62,917 nucleotides of DNA. Source: Octopus bimaculoides. Its lineage: Eukaryota. The DNA lies in contig NC_068989.1 in NCBI RefSeq assembly GCF_001194135.2, positions 49,895,229-49,958,145 on the forward strand. The letters run 5' to 3'. The notes under the pieces were generated by a model. That model did no database searches. It was not told the origin of the DNA and saw only the letters and a list, made by a program, of their open reading frames with translations. The stretch's first letter is position 1; each line of letters opens with the position of its first letter. The position numbers were made by a program, and so were the translations under genes. Shown here piece by piece: positions 25,116 to 37,551 of the stretch.

Positions 25116-25324
25116 AATTTGAAATTTTGGCACAAGACCAGCCATTTCAGAGGAGGGGTTAAGTCAATTACATCGACGCCAGTACATGACGGGTACTTAT
25201 TTTTTCGACCCCGAAAGGATGAAAGACAAAGTCGACCCCGGCGGCATTTGAACTCAGAACATATGATGGACACACTATCGCTAAGCAATTTGCCTGGCGT
25301 ACTAAGAATTCTGCCAGCTCACCC
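25116..25324 (-). mobile_element. SINE family A
   Basis: Full head, core and tail. Confidence 0.85.
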
Positions 25325-25342
25325 AAGTTTGAACACGAACCA

Positions 25343-25880
25343 GGATTGATCGAGAACAATGAATGTATGATATTGTGGGATTTTAAAATCTAGTATGACT
25401 CTCTAACCGATGCTCGAAGACGAGACATTGTTGTGGTAGATAAAAGATAAACAGAGACCAAGATTATAGATATTGCAATACCTGGGGATGCATGCATAAG
25501 TGACAAAGAACTAGAAAAGATTGAAAAGTACAAATCACTAAAAGACGAAATTGCACGAATGTTGGCTATGAGGTGAATGCCTATTATCCTAGTAGTTGCA
25601 GGGACACTCGGAGAACGAACAAGTTCGAGAAATGTCAGAGAAATCGGAATTGACATGAGGGAAGACCAGTCCAAAAAACTGTGCTGCTGGGTACAGCTAG
25701 GATTTTGAGATTGGTACGTGGGTGTTGAATGCCTTCTATGATAATTAACATCCAATTATCAAAGCTTATAATTTGCGAAAAGAGACCCTGTGAGACCTCT
25801 GATAAGAGGCTGTTAACCGCTCTCACAGAAGCAGCCAGAGCAAACAAGACCGAGCGATCTGTGAAGTAAAACAATAATGA
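25343..25880 (+). mobile_element. R4/Dong LINE 3' end (RLE domain and 3' UTR), second subfamily
   Basis: ENNECMILWDF...RRRDIVVVD...IIDIAIPGD...EKIEKYKSL...LLGTARILR; ends in AATAATGATAAT. Confidence 0.85.
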
Positions 25881-26011
25881 TAATAAAAAACGAAATGGAA
25901 TAGAACCAGTGCATGTGTTTCTGATGGGGAAAATGACCCCCACTCCAAGTTAAAAAAGCCATCTGCTATAATGCAGTATATCAAAACTTCATTGCAAAAC
26001 AAAAAAGAGTG

Positions 26012-26075
<64 letters not shown>

Positions 26076-26109
26076 GCCTGCCTTGCCTGCGCACAAACAC
26101 ACACATTTA

Positions 26110-26275
26110 TGCACAACGGGCTTCTTTCAGTTTTCACCGATCAAATCCACTCACAAGCCTTTGGTCAGCACAGAGCTATAGTAGAAGACACTTTCCTAAG
26201 GATCCGCGCAGCAGGACTGAATCTAGACTATGTCGTTGGGAAGCAACCTTCTTACCACACAGCCATGTTGGTGGA
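26110..26275 (-). mobile_element. tRNA-SINE family C, 5' part
   Basis: TCCACTCACAAGCCTTTGGTC...CTATAGTAGAAGACACTT matches 38.6 kb in reverse. Confidence 0.7.
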
Positions 26276-26648
26276 TAAGGTTGTAGGATTCATCGTTACA
26301 AGATTATGGGCCTAGTTCCGAGACTGGGTGTCATGTTGTGTCTTTGAGCGTAGAGCTATATTACATTTTACTCCAAATTGCTCAGCCAGCTATTTGTGCA
26401 GCTTTTCTTCCCAAGAGTCGTCACAATCTCGGTATTCTATCGGATCAAGAGTGGGAATGCTGAGAAAATGTCTATTTCGGTTCGCGACTCCAAAATCGCT
26501 TGAAGCGATTAGCAGTGGTACATTTTACCTTATACTAATCTGACAAAAAGCGCAAACTACAGCATACACGTGATCACAAAGAGAACAATTTCAAAACTTG
26601 CGAAGTAAACAGAGATCACTTCTAGCTCTCACTGCGCACGCAATCATG

Positions 26649-26665
26649 TGCTGCCATCTGTTGGC
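26649..26665 (-). promoter_or_regulatory. CTCF-like motif (candidate only)
   Basis: Reverse complement GCCAACAGATGGCAGCA resembles the CTCF core CCACCAG(A/G)TGGC(A/G)GC. Motif match only. Confidence 0.3.
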
Positions 26666-26699
26666 GCGCTACAGAACTAGTCTGGGAACTTTCTGATAC

Positions 26700-27565
26700 A
26701 ACCTCATATCACTTATGATGTAACCGTGAGGAAAGGCCCATTGGCAGTGGGGAAGGCCCACTGAGATTCATGACAGAAGAGAAAACAGTTCAGAAAAGAC
26801 TGCACACAGCAGTTTTAGGGTCAGAGCCCAAAACACAATAACAGCAAGTCATGCTACTAATACGGATCAAGGAATGCACTCAGGCAGACTTACAACCGGT
26901 GGGGTAGGATAATCTGCTAAAAAAGATTGGACTCTCGGATAACGGCTCGGTTAGGAATGTACAGAATGCGAAATCGGATACAAAATTGAACTCAGCAAGA
27001 CAGGAGTGTGAAATGCAAAAGATGTCACGAAGCGAACGTGGCGTAAAGATTCATGAAGGCTAATCGAGCTGCAAAGAGCAGCTAGAGGAACGCAAAGCAT
27101 CTGACATTACCGAGCGGCCTAGTTTAGGGTATATCAGTACCGCCTGTCAGTCGTAGGAGCATTAGGGCCAGGTGGCAAACCACACTGTCCAGAGCCTTTC
27201 TGCTCACTTTGCTGATTGCACAAGAGGCGTGGAGGAATCGGAAAGTCTCGAGAGTTTCGGGAAGAAACCACAGCTGAAATTGCCATCAGCAACAGATCCG
27301 AGTTGGATCCAGTTGGACAAGGACTTAAACATCATCCTGGATAATATTCTGAAGAGCAACGCTACCAGGAAGAAAAGCCCGAGAACTGAAGAAAGCCATC
27401 AAGGCACCTGAAACTAGTAAAAGATGGCTATGGTTTATAAGAGCCCGCAAGGGAACCCTTCCTTAGGTGAGGGCTAGCTCAGTCATCGTTGTCCTACTCA
27501 GGTGAAATGTACAGGCTAAGGGGCGAAATGCTAGTGACAACGAGATACCTGTTAACGATACGAAC
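26700..27565 (+). mobile_element. HERO-like (R2-group, RLE) non-LTR retrotransposon with a large internal deletion
   Basis: RGVKIHEG (zinc-finger-like), KKPQLKLPSATDPSWIQLDKDLNIILDNILK, then abruptly the C-terminal-like RWLW motif (27420-27440). The 5' boundary is uncertain. Confidence 0.5.
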
Positions 27566-28629
27566 GGGTTTCTAGCATTGCAATGGATGTACAAAGTTTG
27601 CAAAACCCACGAGTATCTCCTGCACTTTCTGCGTGGGAAAAAATATCTCTGATGTTATTTCACTTATTATAAGTGTAGTTCTTCCAGGATTCGCAGTGTT
27701 GCATTCCTGAGAAATTCATTTGGGAATCTTTTTTAAAATTTCGTTTCTGATTGGATCAATTCTAATGGAATCTCCAACAATGTGTGTATGTGTGTGTGTG
27801 TGTGCATATTTGTGTCTGTGTGTGTGTATATTTGTGTATGTCTGTGTCTGTGTGTGGGTGGGTGTGTTTGTGTGAGCGTGTATGTGTCCATGCGTGTATA
27901 AATTGCAGGGCTCCTACTTACCGTGGTGACACGACAATAATTTTTAATCAGCTAAATTGTAATAGAAATGACAAAGAATTTCATTAATGCTAATGAACGT
28001 TTATTCTCACAAGGGGCAAGGGATTTGAAATTTTCAGTTGACTAAAAATAAAATTTGATTATACAAGCAAGGGTGATGGGGTAAGTAATTCTGATAGTTA
28101 GTAGCTATGGGGGACAACTGCCAACCCCCTTTGAGAGACGTGAAGAACAACGAAGCTACCTAATCACAGAGCGCTTTAGAGTGTATACTGGTTTTGTACG
28201 AAGGATATTAACTCATTAAGCGATTTAAAATAATGACCTTGGAACATATCCTCAGGGCATTTAGCCATTTAGGTTCTCCTTTTATATATATATAAATTTA
28301 TCTGTGTGAGTGTGTGTGTAATATGCATATTTACATGTATATAAGGCTATCATAATCGTCATGATAAACAACTCGATGCAATATTAACGTGAATTTGAGG
28401 CATTTTAGAGTATCCAATCAACGAAAATGTATATATGGCTTGTAAGTTAATTTACAGATTTGTTTTCGATGCAATTTGGCTTCAATCTGTCGTTATCTCA
28501 ATCTTTTAAGCTATGTCATGTAGTTTTGCTGAAATAGCTTCTATCGTACAGGCTCCTCACAGACTTTATTGTTGGATGAGAGTTAATGAACAGTTAATTG
28601 GAAATTCAAGCATTGTTTGTTCTAAAGAT

Positions 28630-28649
28630 TATTACTGTTGCTGTTGTTG

Positions 28650-28719
<70 letters not shown>

Positions 28720-28722
28720 TAC

Positions 28723-28792
<70 letters not shown>
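28630..28792. repeat. (TGT)n-(TAT)n microsatellite
   Basis: Direct observation. Confidence 0.95.
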
Positions 28793-29008
28793 GAGGCAAC
28801 GAGCTGGTAGAATCGTTTGTACGCTGGGCGAAATGCTCAACGGTATTTCGCCTACCGCCACGTTCTGAATTCAATTTACGCCGAGGTCGACTTTGCCTTT
28901 CATCCTTTCGGGGTCAATTAAATAAGTACCAGCTACGCACAGATGTCGATGTAATCGACTTAATCCCTTCTCCCGAATCTGAGGCCTTGCGCTTCTAGTA
29001 GAAAGAAT
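28793..29008 (+). mobile_element. SINE family A inside (ATT)n
   Basis: GAGGCAACGAGCTGGTAGAATCG ... TAGTAGAAAGAATT; ATT tracts on both sides. Confidence 0.9.
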
Positions 29009-29016
29009 TATCATTG

Positions 29017-29086
<70 letters not shown>

Positions 29087-29100
29087 CACTTTATTATTAT

Positions 29101-29290
29101 AGCGGTGGGCTGGCAGAATAGTTAGCGCGCCGGGCGAAATGCTACGTTCTGAGTCCAATTTCCGCCGAGGTCGACTTTGCCTTTCATCCTTTCGGGGTCC
29201 ATAAATTAAGTACCAGTTACGTACTGGGGTCGATGTAATCGACTTATCCCCTTCCCCAAAATGGCTGCTCTTGTCGCAAAATTTGAAACC
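29101..29290 (+). mobile_element. SINE family A
   Basis: Head, core and AAAATTTGAAACC tail. Confidence 0.9.
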
Positions 29291-29299
29291 GTGGTAGTT

Positions 29300-30257
29300 G
29301 TTGTTATTCTGAAAGACTTTCGGATATTTCTTCATTACCGGTTATTCTTTACTTGAAAGCAGGCAATAACAAATCACCAAAGGTTTCAAGTAGTGCCTTC
29401 TCCTGTGACTCAAAGAAACAATACTCTCCTTAGAATGTGAACTATACCCAACAATGCTGTCTTCTGCAGCGATTGCCAGGTTCTGTGCCAATTAATCTCA
29501 TCTTTATTCTTCAAGAACTAATTGTGCATTTTCTTGACCTGCCAAATTTTCTTCATCTGCTCTCAGTGTCTTTCTGAAATTGTGTTGGATCTACGGCTTC
29601 GTTCACTTTTAAGGTTCCCTCCATTTTCACTGCTTCAATCATTTCTTCTTTACCCCCTTGACATACTAAGCCAGGCTATTCTCCTCTTCCCTTACACAAC
29701 CTTCACAACACACCAATCCCCGTTTTCCTTCTTTCTTCTTTACCTACAACCTTGACACATCACTCTTGCGGTGTATTCTCTTGTTAATTATCATTAATTT
29801 ACGTGTTCTCTGATCTATCTCTTGGAATACATGATTCTTCCAAGATACTATTCTTGACACATATCTCATCAAAGCAACCGTCCACGTGTTAATTGCTCTA
29901 ATCTTATAGCAGTCATTTAGCTTCGATTGGAGGACGAGTACTCCTCAAATACTCTTTCCTGTACATTTCTTTCATCTTGCGTTCATTCATCTTATCTCTT
30001 TCAATACCCATGTACTTATATCCTTCCTCTCCAACTTCCTTTATAGTTTCACCACTTTCCAGCTTGATCCCGTGGGTTTTACTAATTTTCCCCTTTTTGA
30101 GAATCATTACACCACATTTTCGATCCCAAATTCCATGTCAATATCTTTGCTAGTCATCTGCACAGTTGTTAATCATCTGCACAGTTGCTAATCATCTACA
30201 CAGTTGCTAATCATCTGCACAGTTGCTAATCATCTGCACAGTTGCCGTCAAGCTCTC
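29300..30257 (-). mobile_element. R4/Dong LINE fragment (end of RT and thumb joined by deletion to extreme C-terminus)
   Basis: SKDIDMEFGI, ILKKGKISKTHGIKLESGETIKEVGEEGYKYMG, then LQKTALLGIVHILRRVL near 29.42-29.47 kb. Confidence 0.8.
30150..30244. repeat. 19-bp minisatellite, 5 units (CTAATCATCTGCACAGTTG)
   Basis: Units start at 30150, 30169, 30188, 30207 and 30226. Confidence 0.95.
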
Positions 30258-30357
30258 TTCTTCTTCTTCTTCTTCTTCTTCTTCTTCTTCTTCTTCTTCT
30301 TCTTCTTCTTCTTCTTCTTCTTCTTCTTCTTCTTCTTCTTCTTCTTCTTCTTCTTCT
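30258..30357. repeat. (TTC)n microsatellite
   Basis: Direct observation. Confidence 0.95.
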
Positions 30358-31629
30358 TTGTTTGGTTGAGTTCAATACTTGGTAAATATCTACTACATCA
30401 CCTGCTACACGTCCGTAGATAAAATCTGGGGAGATGTTGCGGAAGGGTGATCAATCTCACTCAGAAATCGACAGATGGCAAAATCATCCCTGAAACGTCG
30501 GGTGGCTATGGTTTGCGGTTAAATCACTTTGGTGGTGTATTGACATCTCAAAATCATGCCTTGTTCCAGTCGCCCAGATTGGAATGTATGGTCTTTTGTC
30601 TCTTGTAGAAGAAACGGGTCATATTGGCTATGCGATTCACCTGTCACCAGACAATCTGCTCCAAATGGATTCCATGATAGTATAGAATGGATTCCATGAT
30701 ATGTACATAAATATGTTGAAGTTGATACAGGTGCAGAGACTCTTGGATGAAGGTGATCAAGTGTTGTAATCATTTGTCAGATACATTTTTTTTCGCTTGT
30801 ATCCCCTTTGACTGAGCTGCAGACAATGAGTTAGTTAGTTATTACTAATTTTGCATTATACTAATTAATACCAATCGTCGAATAAAACAGAAGATTAATA
30901 GAGAATGTGGGCAACTATTGGTTGCAATTAATTCTGAGTGCCGATAAAGACAGTTTGGGCAAATTCTGGGAAACTTACTTGTTGGTGTTGTAGACAACTT
31001 CAGAAAGTTCTTGGCCTGTCATTGCTATAGGGATGCTTGACATGTTCGCGATGATCTCTGCTGGAATAGCTGTGTTAGAGCCCCTAGTTACGGAACGTGT
31101 GAAAAATGAATTTAGGTCGATGAAATTGGGCTGTTTTCGTACGTTGCTGATTCTGTGGTTGTGTATATTGAACAATTGCTGTCGTGTGCGGGACGGATTC
31201 AGGTACCAAATGAGGTTACAGTAAAGATTTCATCTGTCTGGAGGCTATGACGAAAGATGAACCGTGGAAAAATACCTGGTTTCCTAGGTGAATACCTCAT
31301 CAACTTTGTCATGTACCAAATGAAATGAAAGTTTAAGGTCAAGTCGGGTGTGGTGCTCTCTATTAAATTATCAAAGGTGGATGAGAGTGGCGAAATGTGT
31401 TATGCTAAGTGACTGCTATGATTATGCAGTTGTAGGTTCGTGAATGAACTGTGGGAGGGTACTTGCAATTGGTATGCCAGTAAAATCTAGGCTTCTGAGC
31501 GGGGAGTCCCGAATTATTCAATGTGTATAATCCCCATATTTTGAGGAACCGTTCTTATTGTATTGTTACCTATTTATTAAATCGACAACAGTAGAATTTT
31601 ATAATTGCTGTTGAAAGCAATAAGTTGGA

Positions 31630-31820
31630 AAAAGTCGGACAGTGTGTTTAGCAGCATATCTTCGAGAGCTACAGGTTCTGAGTTCAGATATCCCTGAAGT
31701 CAATTTTGCCTTTCATCCTTTTGGGGTCGATACAATAGGAATCAGTCACGTCTTGGGATCGATGTAATCGATTAATAATTCCCTCTAAAATTCCTGGCCT
31801 TATGCCAACATTTGCAACCG
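31630..31820 (+). mobile_element. SINE family A, diverged
   Basis: TTTTGCCTTTCATCCTTTTGGGGTCGAT core and CCTTATGCCAACATTTG tail. Confidence 0.75.
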
Positions 31821-32559
31821 TTATTATTGTTGCTCTGAACCGTTTATTCAATTTAAATCTCTTACTGTTTCTTGTTTATCATTTTCTGTTGTATTTCTCC
31901 TTTAAATTATTCCAAGTAGTTAAAACAGCTTGATTGCGTGATGATGTTATGGCATTCCTCTGCGTACTCTTTTGATTAAAAAAAATATTTCGAATAATTT
32001 TAATTGTTCTGCCAATGGACTTAGTTAAATGTCATACGACTTTCTTTTCTATTTAAACCGAGCGGTTAGTGATTTACTCTTCGAAGAATCTTTTATCAGG
32101 AGGTGAGTAGGTGTTAACTATGTTGCATGGAAATAACTATTTTCGGTGTAAATATTATGCAATCTTATAAATCACATGCTATAGAAATACGAAATTTTCT
32201 GATAGCTTAATGATACACTGAGCTCGTATCCCCCCAAATTCAGGTACTATACTATAGCGTTGATACCTCTCTTCTTATACAATCTTATATGCTTATGTAA
32301 GACGGTAGTATTTCATTGAAATAACTCGTAGAGTATTCTATTAGATGCATTCATTAATTTTAATGTTTTCTGTCTACTTTTGCTTTAGTTGAAACCAATA
32401 CAAGTTTAACTATTAACTAGGCTGCTAGAGTATTGATGTTTATTTGGCTGTTTTCGAATTTAACTCTATTTTATGTATTTACCTAATGCATCTACAATAT
32501 TTCTTCTTAATCCTTCTTTCATTAGTGTGTGGTGTACTCCGGTAATTCATTCATTTTCA

Positions 32560-32880
32560 AGTATTTGCAAATCTGTCTTTGGTCTGATTCCTTTAGATCT
32601 CATTCTTTATCTAGTATGTTATTAACGTTCTTAATTAATCTTCCTATCTTCAAAGTTATCTTAGCGTTGTTTCCTAATATCTGAAGCTTTTCCAGTTCCC
32701 CTATAAATCTATATAGTCTTCAACAAGGTTCCTAGAGCTTGAGGTCATATATATGCAAAGGATGGTTGACTGTCTTCCCATATCATTTGTATCCCATTCC
32801 ATTTTAGATTAACATAAAAGGAGTTGCCAACAGATAAAAGAGGGCGGTGAAACAGCGTTCCTTTAGAATATTCCTCTTCT
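32560..32880 (-). pseudogene. R4/Dong RT relic
   Basis: Reverse RGIF*G..., GYK*YGKTVNH...YDLKL, NAKITLKIGRLIK...QICKYL, colinear with 60.07-60.42 kb. Confidence 0.6.
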
Positions 32881-33002
32881 AAATCTTGGTGGATAGCACA
32901 ATCGGAGGTATAGTGTCGAATTAATATTCTACATGAGCATGTAGGTGTATTGGTTTATGCTATTAGTTCACAAGCCAACCGTTTCATTTTTAAGAGTTTA
33001 AT

Positions 33003-33043
<41 letters not shown>

Positions 33044-33172
33044 AAACAATAATAATAATAAATAGAATTCACAAATTAGGGTGTAGATTATATTGATTCA
33101 ATTCCTCCACCAAAATAGTCTGCTGCCTTAGTCCCTTCATGAGAAAATTATCTATCTATCTGTCTGATTGCC

Positions 33173-33221
<49 letters not shown>

Positions 33222-33354
33222 GCCTGCCTGTCTTTCCGTCTGTCTATCAATCTGTCTCTCTGTCTGTCTATCTGTTTGTGTCTGTCTGATTGTCTGCCTG
33301 TCTGTCTATCTGTCTGCACGTGCGCGCGTGTGCGTGCGTTCATGTCTGTGTATG

Positions 33355-33615
33355 AAGGCGCGTGGCCTAGTGGTTAGACTGATGCACTCGCAATCGCTAG
33401 ATTGTTGGTTCAATTCTCAGACCGAGTGGCGTGTCGTGTTCTTGAGCAGAGCAGAGCATTTCCCGTTGCTCCAGTCCCCCTTCGATCAGAGGGGAATGTT
33501 GGCCAGCTCGCCTTGGCAGGTAGGTGGCATATTCGAAGTTTAAAATGATGCACAGCCCATTGTGACCAGCGATGTGTAACAATATCTGATAGTCTGGTCG
33601 GTCACATGATCACGA
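33355..33615 (+). mobile_element. tRNA-SINE family B
   Basis: GAAGGCGCGTGGCCTAGTGGTTAG head, GTGTTCTTGAGCA, tail ATTGTGACCAGCGATGTGTAACAATATCTGATAG. Confidence 0.75.
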
Positions 33616-34092
33616 TATATGGTAGTAACATCGGTTCGTACGGAGCAGCCATGATGAAAGAGACGGCAAATATTACTTCTCAGCCTAGTTGCCACTTTCA
33701 TCTCGTAGGGAGATTTTCAAATTAGCTACCTTTCTTGTTGCGAGATCAATGATTGATTGTCACTATGTTTCTATATATTGCGAGCTGGAACGAACTACTA
33801 CAATTTCTAGCAGACAAGTATCCACCACTGAGGCTAGGCAAAAATAGCCCGAAACCAGCCGGTTTGGTGGTCTTGTCAAATCGCTAGAAGATGGTAGAGG
33901 TTCGCCACCCTGCTTGCAATATATATCGGGTGCAGATTGTAACGATAACTAGAGGAAGCGTAGATACTTGTCGGTTCATAAGAAACAGCCATATTAAAGT
34001 GGCGACAAACATATCTTTGCAGTCTGGTTACTTGTAGAGATTTTGTAACTAGCTACTTTGCTTTTATATATATATATATATATATGTATGTA

Positions 34093-35334
34093 CAGGGGTT
34101 GGACAAAATAATGGAAAGTACCAAACAAATTTATTTTAATATGGGGTAGGACCGCCTTTGGCAGTAATTACATCTTGAATTCTACGAGGTATGGAATCTT
34201 AGAAGTTTGAATTGTTTCCAAAGGAATTTTTGTCCATTCTTCAGCTAAAACAGTCTCCAGTTGTTGTAGTGATTATGGTGGAAGATACCGACTCCTTACT
34301 TGTTTTTCTAAAATGTACCATAAATGTTCAATAATATTGAGATCTTGGGATTGTAGTGGCCAGATAAGATGTTCAACTTCACTACAATGTTCCTCATGCC
34401 ATTCAGTAACAACTTTAGCTGTGTGAATTGGTACGTTATCATCCTGAGAGACTGCGTTTCCTTCCGAAACCACAGGATGAATTTGATCAGATAAAATGCT
34501 TAAATAGTCTTGACTATTAGTTCTGCCATGAAGGGAATCCATTGGGCCGGCGGATTTCTAATATATAGCCCCGCCCCTGATCATCACAGATCCTCCTCTA
34601 TGTTTAACAGTTGGAAGAAGGCAGTCTGGGTGAAATGCTTCTTTTGGCTATCTCCACACGTATACTCGGCCGGTGGTCGGAAATAAGGTAAAAGATGACT
34701 CGTCTGAGAAAATAACATTCTTCCACTGCTCTAGGGACCAATTCTGTAGGTTTTTACTCTGCTTTGCAACGTTTGTTTTTGAAAGTAGTGGATTTCTGAT
34801 TGCAGCTCCTCTCCCCATAAAATCCGGCTTTGTGCAGCTTCCGGCGAACAGTATTTGTGGAAACTGGGTTCTCGAGGTGGTTATTAAACTAGGCAGTAAT
34901 TTTGGGAGCTGTACTTTTGTGATTCTTTCTCACAATTTGCGTAAGAGTCCGACGGTCCCTATTTGAAAGGTTTTCTTCCAGAGTTTTGTTTCAACGAGGC
35001 TGTTTTTCTCTCTTTCTCAAAGGCTGTCATTACTTTCGAGACAGTACTTCTCCATACACTACACATTTCGGCTGTTTTTTTACGCTAGCGCCTGCCCTGC
35101 GAGCACCAACAATTTGAGCTCTTTGAATGTCCGATAGATCTGTCATTTTAATGAATTTTAATTACCTTTTTCTGATGATATCTGAAAACAATCAGAAGTT
35201 TTAGCAAACATATTAAACAACACTAATAATAAATCAAAAAACATAAAACTGATCAAGCTTTTGACGGTTTTATAGATATTTCAAAATTATGATGTTATGA
35301 GGCTAGGCGTTTCCATTATTTTGTCCAAACCCTG
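34093..35334 (-). mobile_element. Tc1-like DNA transposon, TIR to TIR, defective transposase with D-36-E spacing
   Basis: 25-bp TIRs CAGGG(G/T)TTGGACAAAATAATGGAAA with TA on both sides. MTDLSDIQRAQIVGARRAGASV (N-terminus), IFSDESSF, QDDNVPIH...SQDLNIIEHLW. Confidence 0.93.
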
Positions 35335-35336
35335 TA

Positions 35337-35376
<40 letters not shown>

Positions 35377-35507
35377 NNNNNNNNNNNNNNNNNNNNNNNN
35401 NNNNNNNNNNNNNNNNNNNNNNNNNNNNNNNNNNNNNNNNNNNNNNNNNNNNNNNNNNNNNNNNNNNNNNNNNNNNNNNNNNNNNNNNNNNNNNNNNNNN
35501 NNNNNNN

Positions 35508-35557
<50 letters not shown>

Positions 35558-36423
35558 TGTCCTCAAAAGTCGAGTTTGTGGAATGTATGGAGATTTGAGT
35601 ACATGTTATATATTTTAGAATACTTCTCTTAAATTGAATTTCTTTTACAAATCGAGTTTTACGCTATCATGATCTCCAGGCGAGTACTTCAGTAACTCAG
35701 TATAACTGTTCATTCATACCCATTCGTGTGCTTCTTTCCGTTCCTTGTTTTGATTTGATTGTTTGGTAATGTTTTAATGATTGTTTTTTGTGTGTAACTA
35801 TTTTATCATGTTTAGTTTCATCATTTTTATTGCTCTCAATCATTTTCAAGATTTCATCAGATTTCTTTCGTTTCTCTTTTTACTTTTGTCTTAATTTCAT
35901 TTCAATTGTTGTGAATTTTTTGTCTGTCATGGTCTGCATGTGAAATTCAGCAGCGACCTTATTTACAGTTTGTTGGTCATGTTGTAAATCTGCTGTTATC
36001 AAAGATTTTTCCACACCTGGCAAAATACTTAGTCTTACGCCCTGAGCTTTACGTCTTGAGTTCAAATCCCACCGAGTTCGTCTTTGCCTTTCACTCTTTC
36101 ATGGTCGATCAAGCAAATATCACGAAAGGCGACGAAATGTACTAGAAGAACCTTGCTGATTGATTGATTAAATGAATTATAAATGAAGCAACAGTTTAGA
36201 TAATTTGCTAAGAATTGTAATATAAACAGTGCGTGTGATTCATAATGGCATAATGATCCTCCCATGATCCAACAGATTCTGTTTCAATACACGATTTCTC
36301 GTCAATAATCTTGCGAACTAAAATACAAAATCGAAATATTGATTTTTATTTAAAATCAAATGGGTAATAATTGATATTATTGTAATAATTCGATATTAAA
36401 GTTCCGCAGCCACTAAAAATTGA

Positions 36424-36630
36424 TTTCAAATTTTGGCACAAGGCCAGAAATATTAGGGGATGAGATATTTCGATCACATCTATCTCAGTGTTCAACAGGT
36501 ACTTAGTTTATCCATCCTGAAAGGATGAAAAGCAAAGTCGACCTTGGCGGAATTTGAACTTAGTACGTAAAGACGGACAAAATGCCGTTATGTATTTTTC
36601 TCAGGGTGGTACCGATTCTGCCAGTTTCCC
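36424..36630 (-). mobile_element. SINE family A
   Basis: Tail TTTCAAATTTTGGCACAAGG, core, head TTCTGCCAG. Confidence 0.85.
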
Positions 36631-37391
36631 AGATTGCAGCCTCTAGATATTGCTAACCTGGATTAAGACAAGTCACCTTTCTATCGTAGCTGGGGATGCA
36701 CGCGTAATGGCAGTAGAACAGTTACCAAATAATGACTTCCGATATATCCGATGGCCATTATGTTGTTGTCTTTTTAACGTTTGTCTCCTTTACAAATAAC
36801 ACCAACTGCTATTCAGTTCAAACAAATTCTTTTTACATGGTAAGTCTGCCTGTAGTACAAAGTATCGCTTCCTTTTCGTCTCGTTGTTATTGGTAATCTG
36901 TGAAAGCCAATTATTTTCATGTCACCCCAGCAGTGAACAATAGCTATAATATATTTTGTTTTTCATTTTGAGAAAATGAATTAACAGAAATTGTGTTTTT
37001 AAAACGTGAGTTAAAAAAGGTATCAACATTGGAGAGAGTGTATTTATATTTTTTGGCATTTATATGTGTGGATGTGAGTTCATTAAAATCTTGAAACTCT
37101 CTTCATACAATCTGTTGAAAGCAAGTAGCGTGAAACTCAGTGTAATGGTATGGAAACAACTTTGAGATTTTCAATGAATAAATAACCTTTATTATGTGTA
37201 TTTGAGTATTCCATCTCTTTTCTGAAAATCATTGTATATAAATATATATATATATATATACATACATATATATATACATATATATGTATATGTATATTTA
37301 TACATACATATACACACCCACGCATATATATATATATACATATACATATATATATTTATATATAGTATACATATATGTGTGTGTGTGAGTG

Positions 37392-37429
<38 letters not shown>

Positions 37430-37491
37430 TATATAGAGACATATATATGTATTTATATGTATATGTATACATATATACATATATATATGTT

Positions 37492-37551
<60 letters not shown>

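Noticed and set aside
30150-30244. CRISPR-like periodic repeat
   Set aside because: No spacers, eukaryotic context, and the unit derives from LINE coding sequence.
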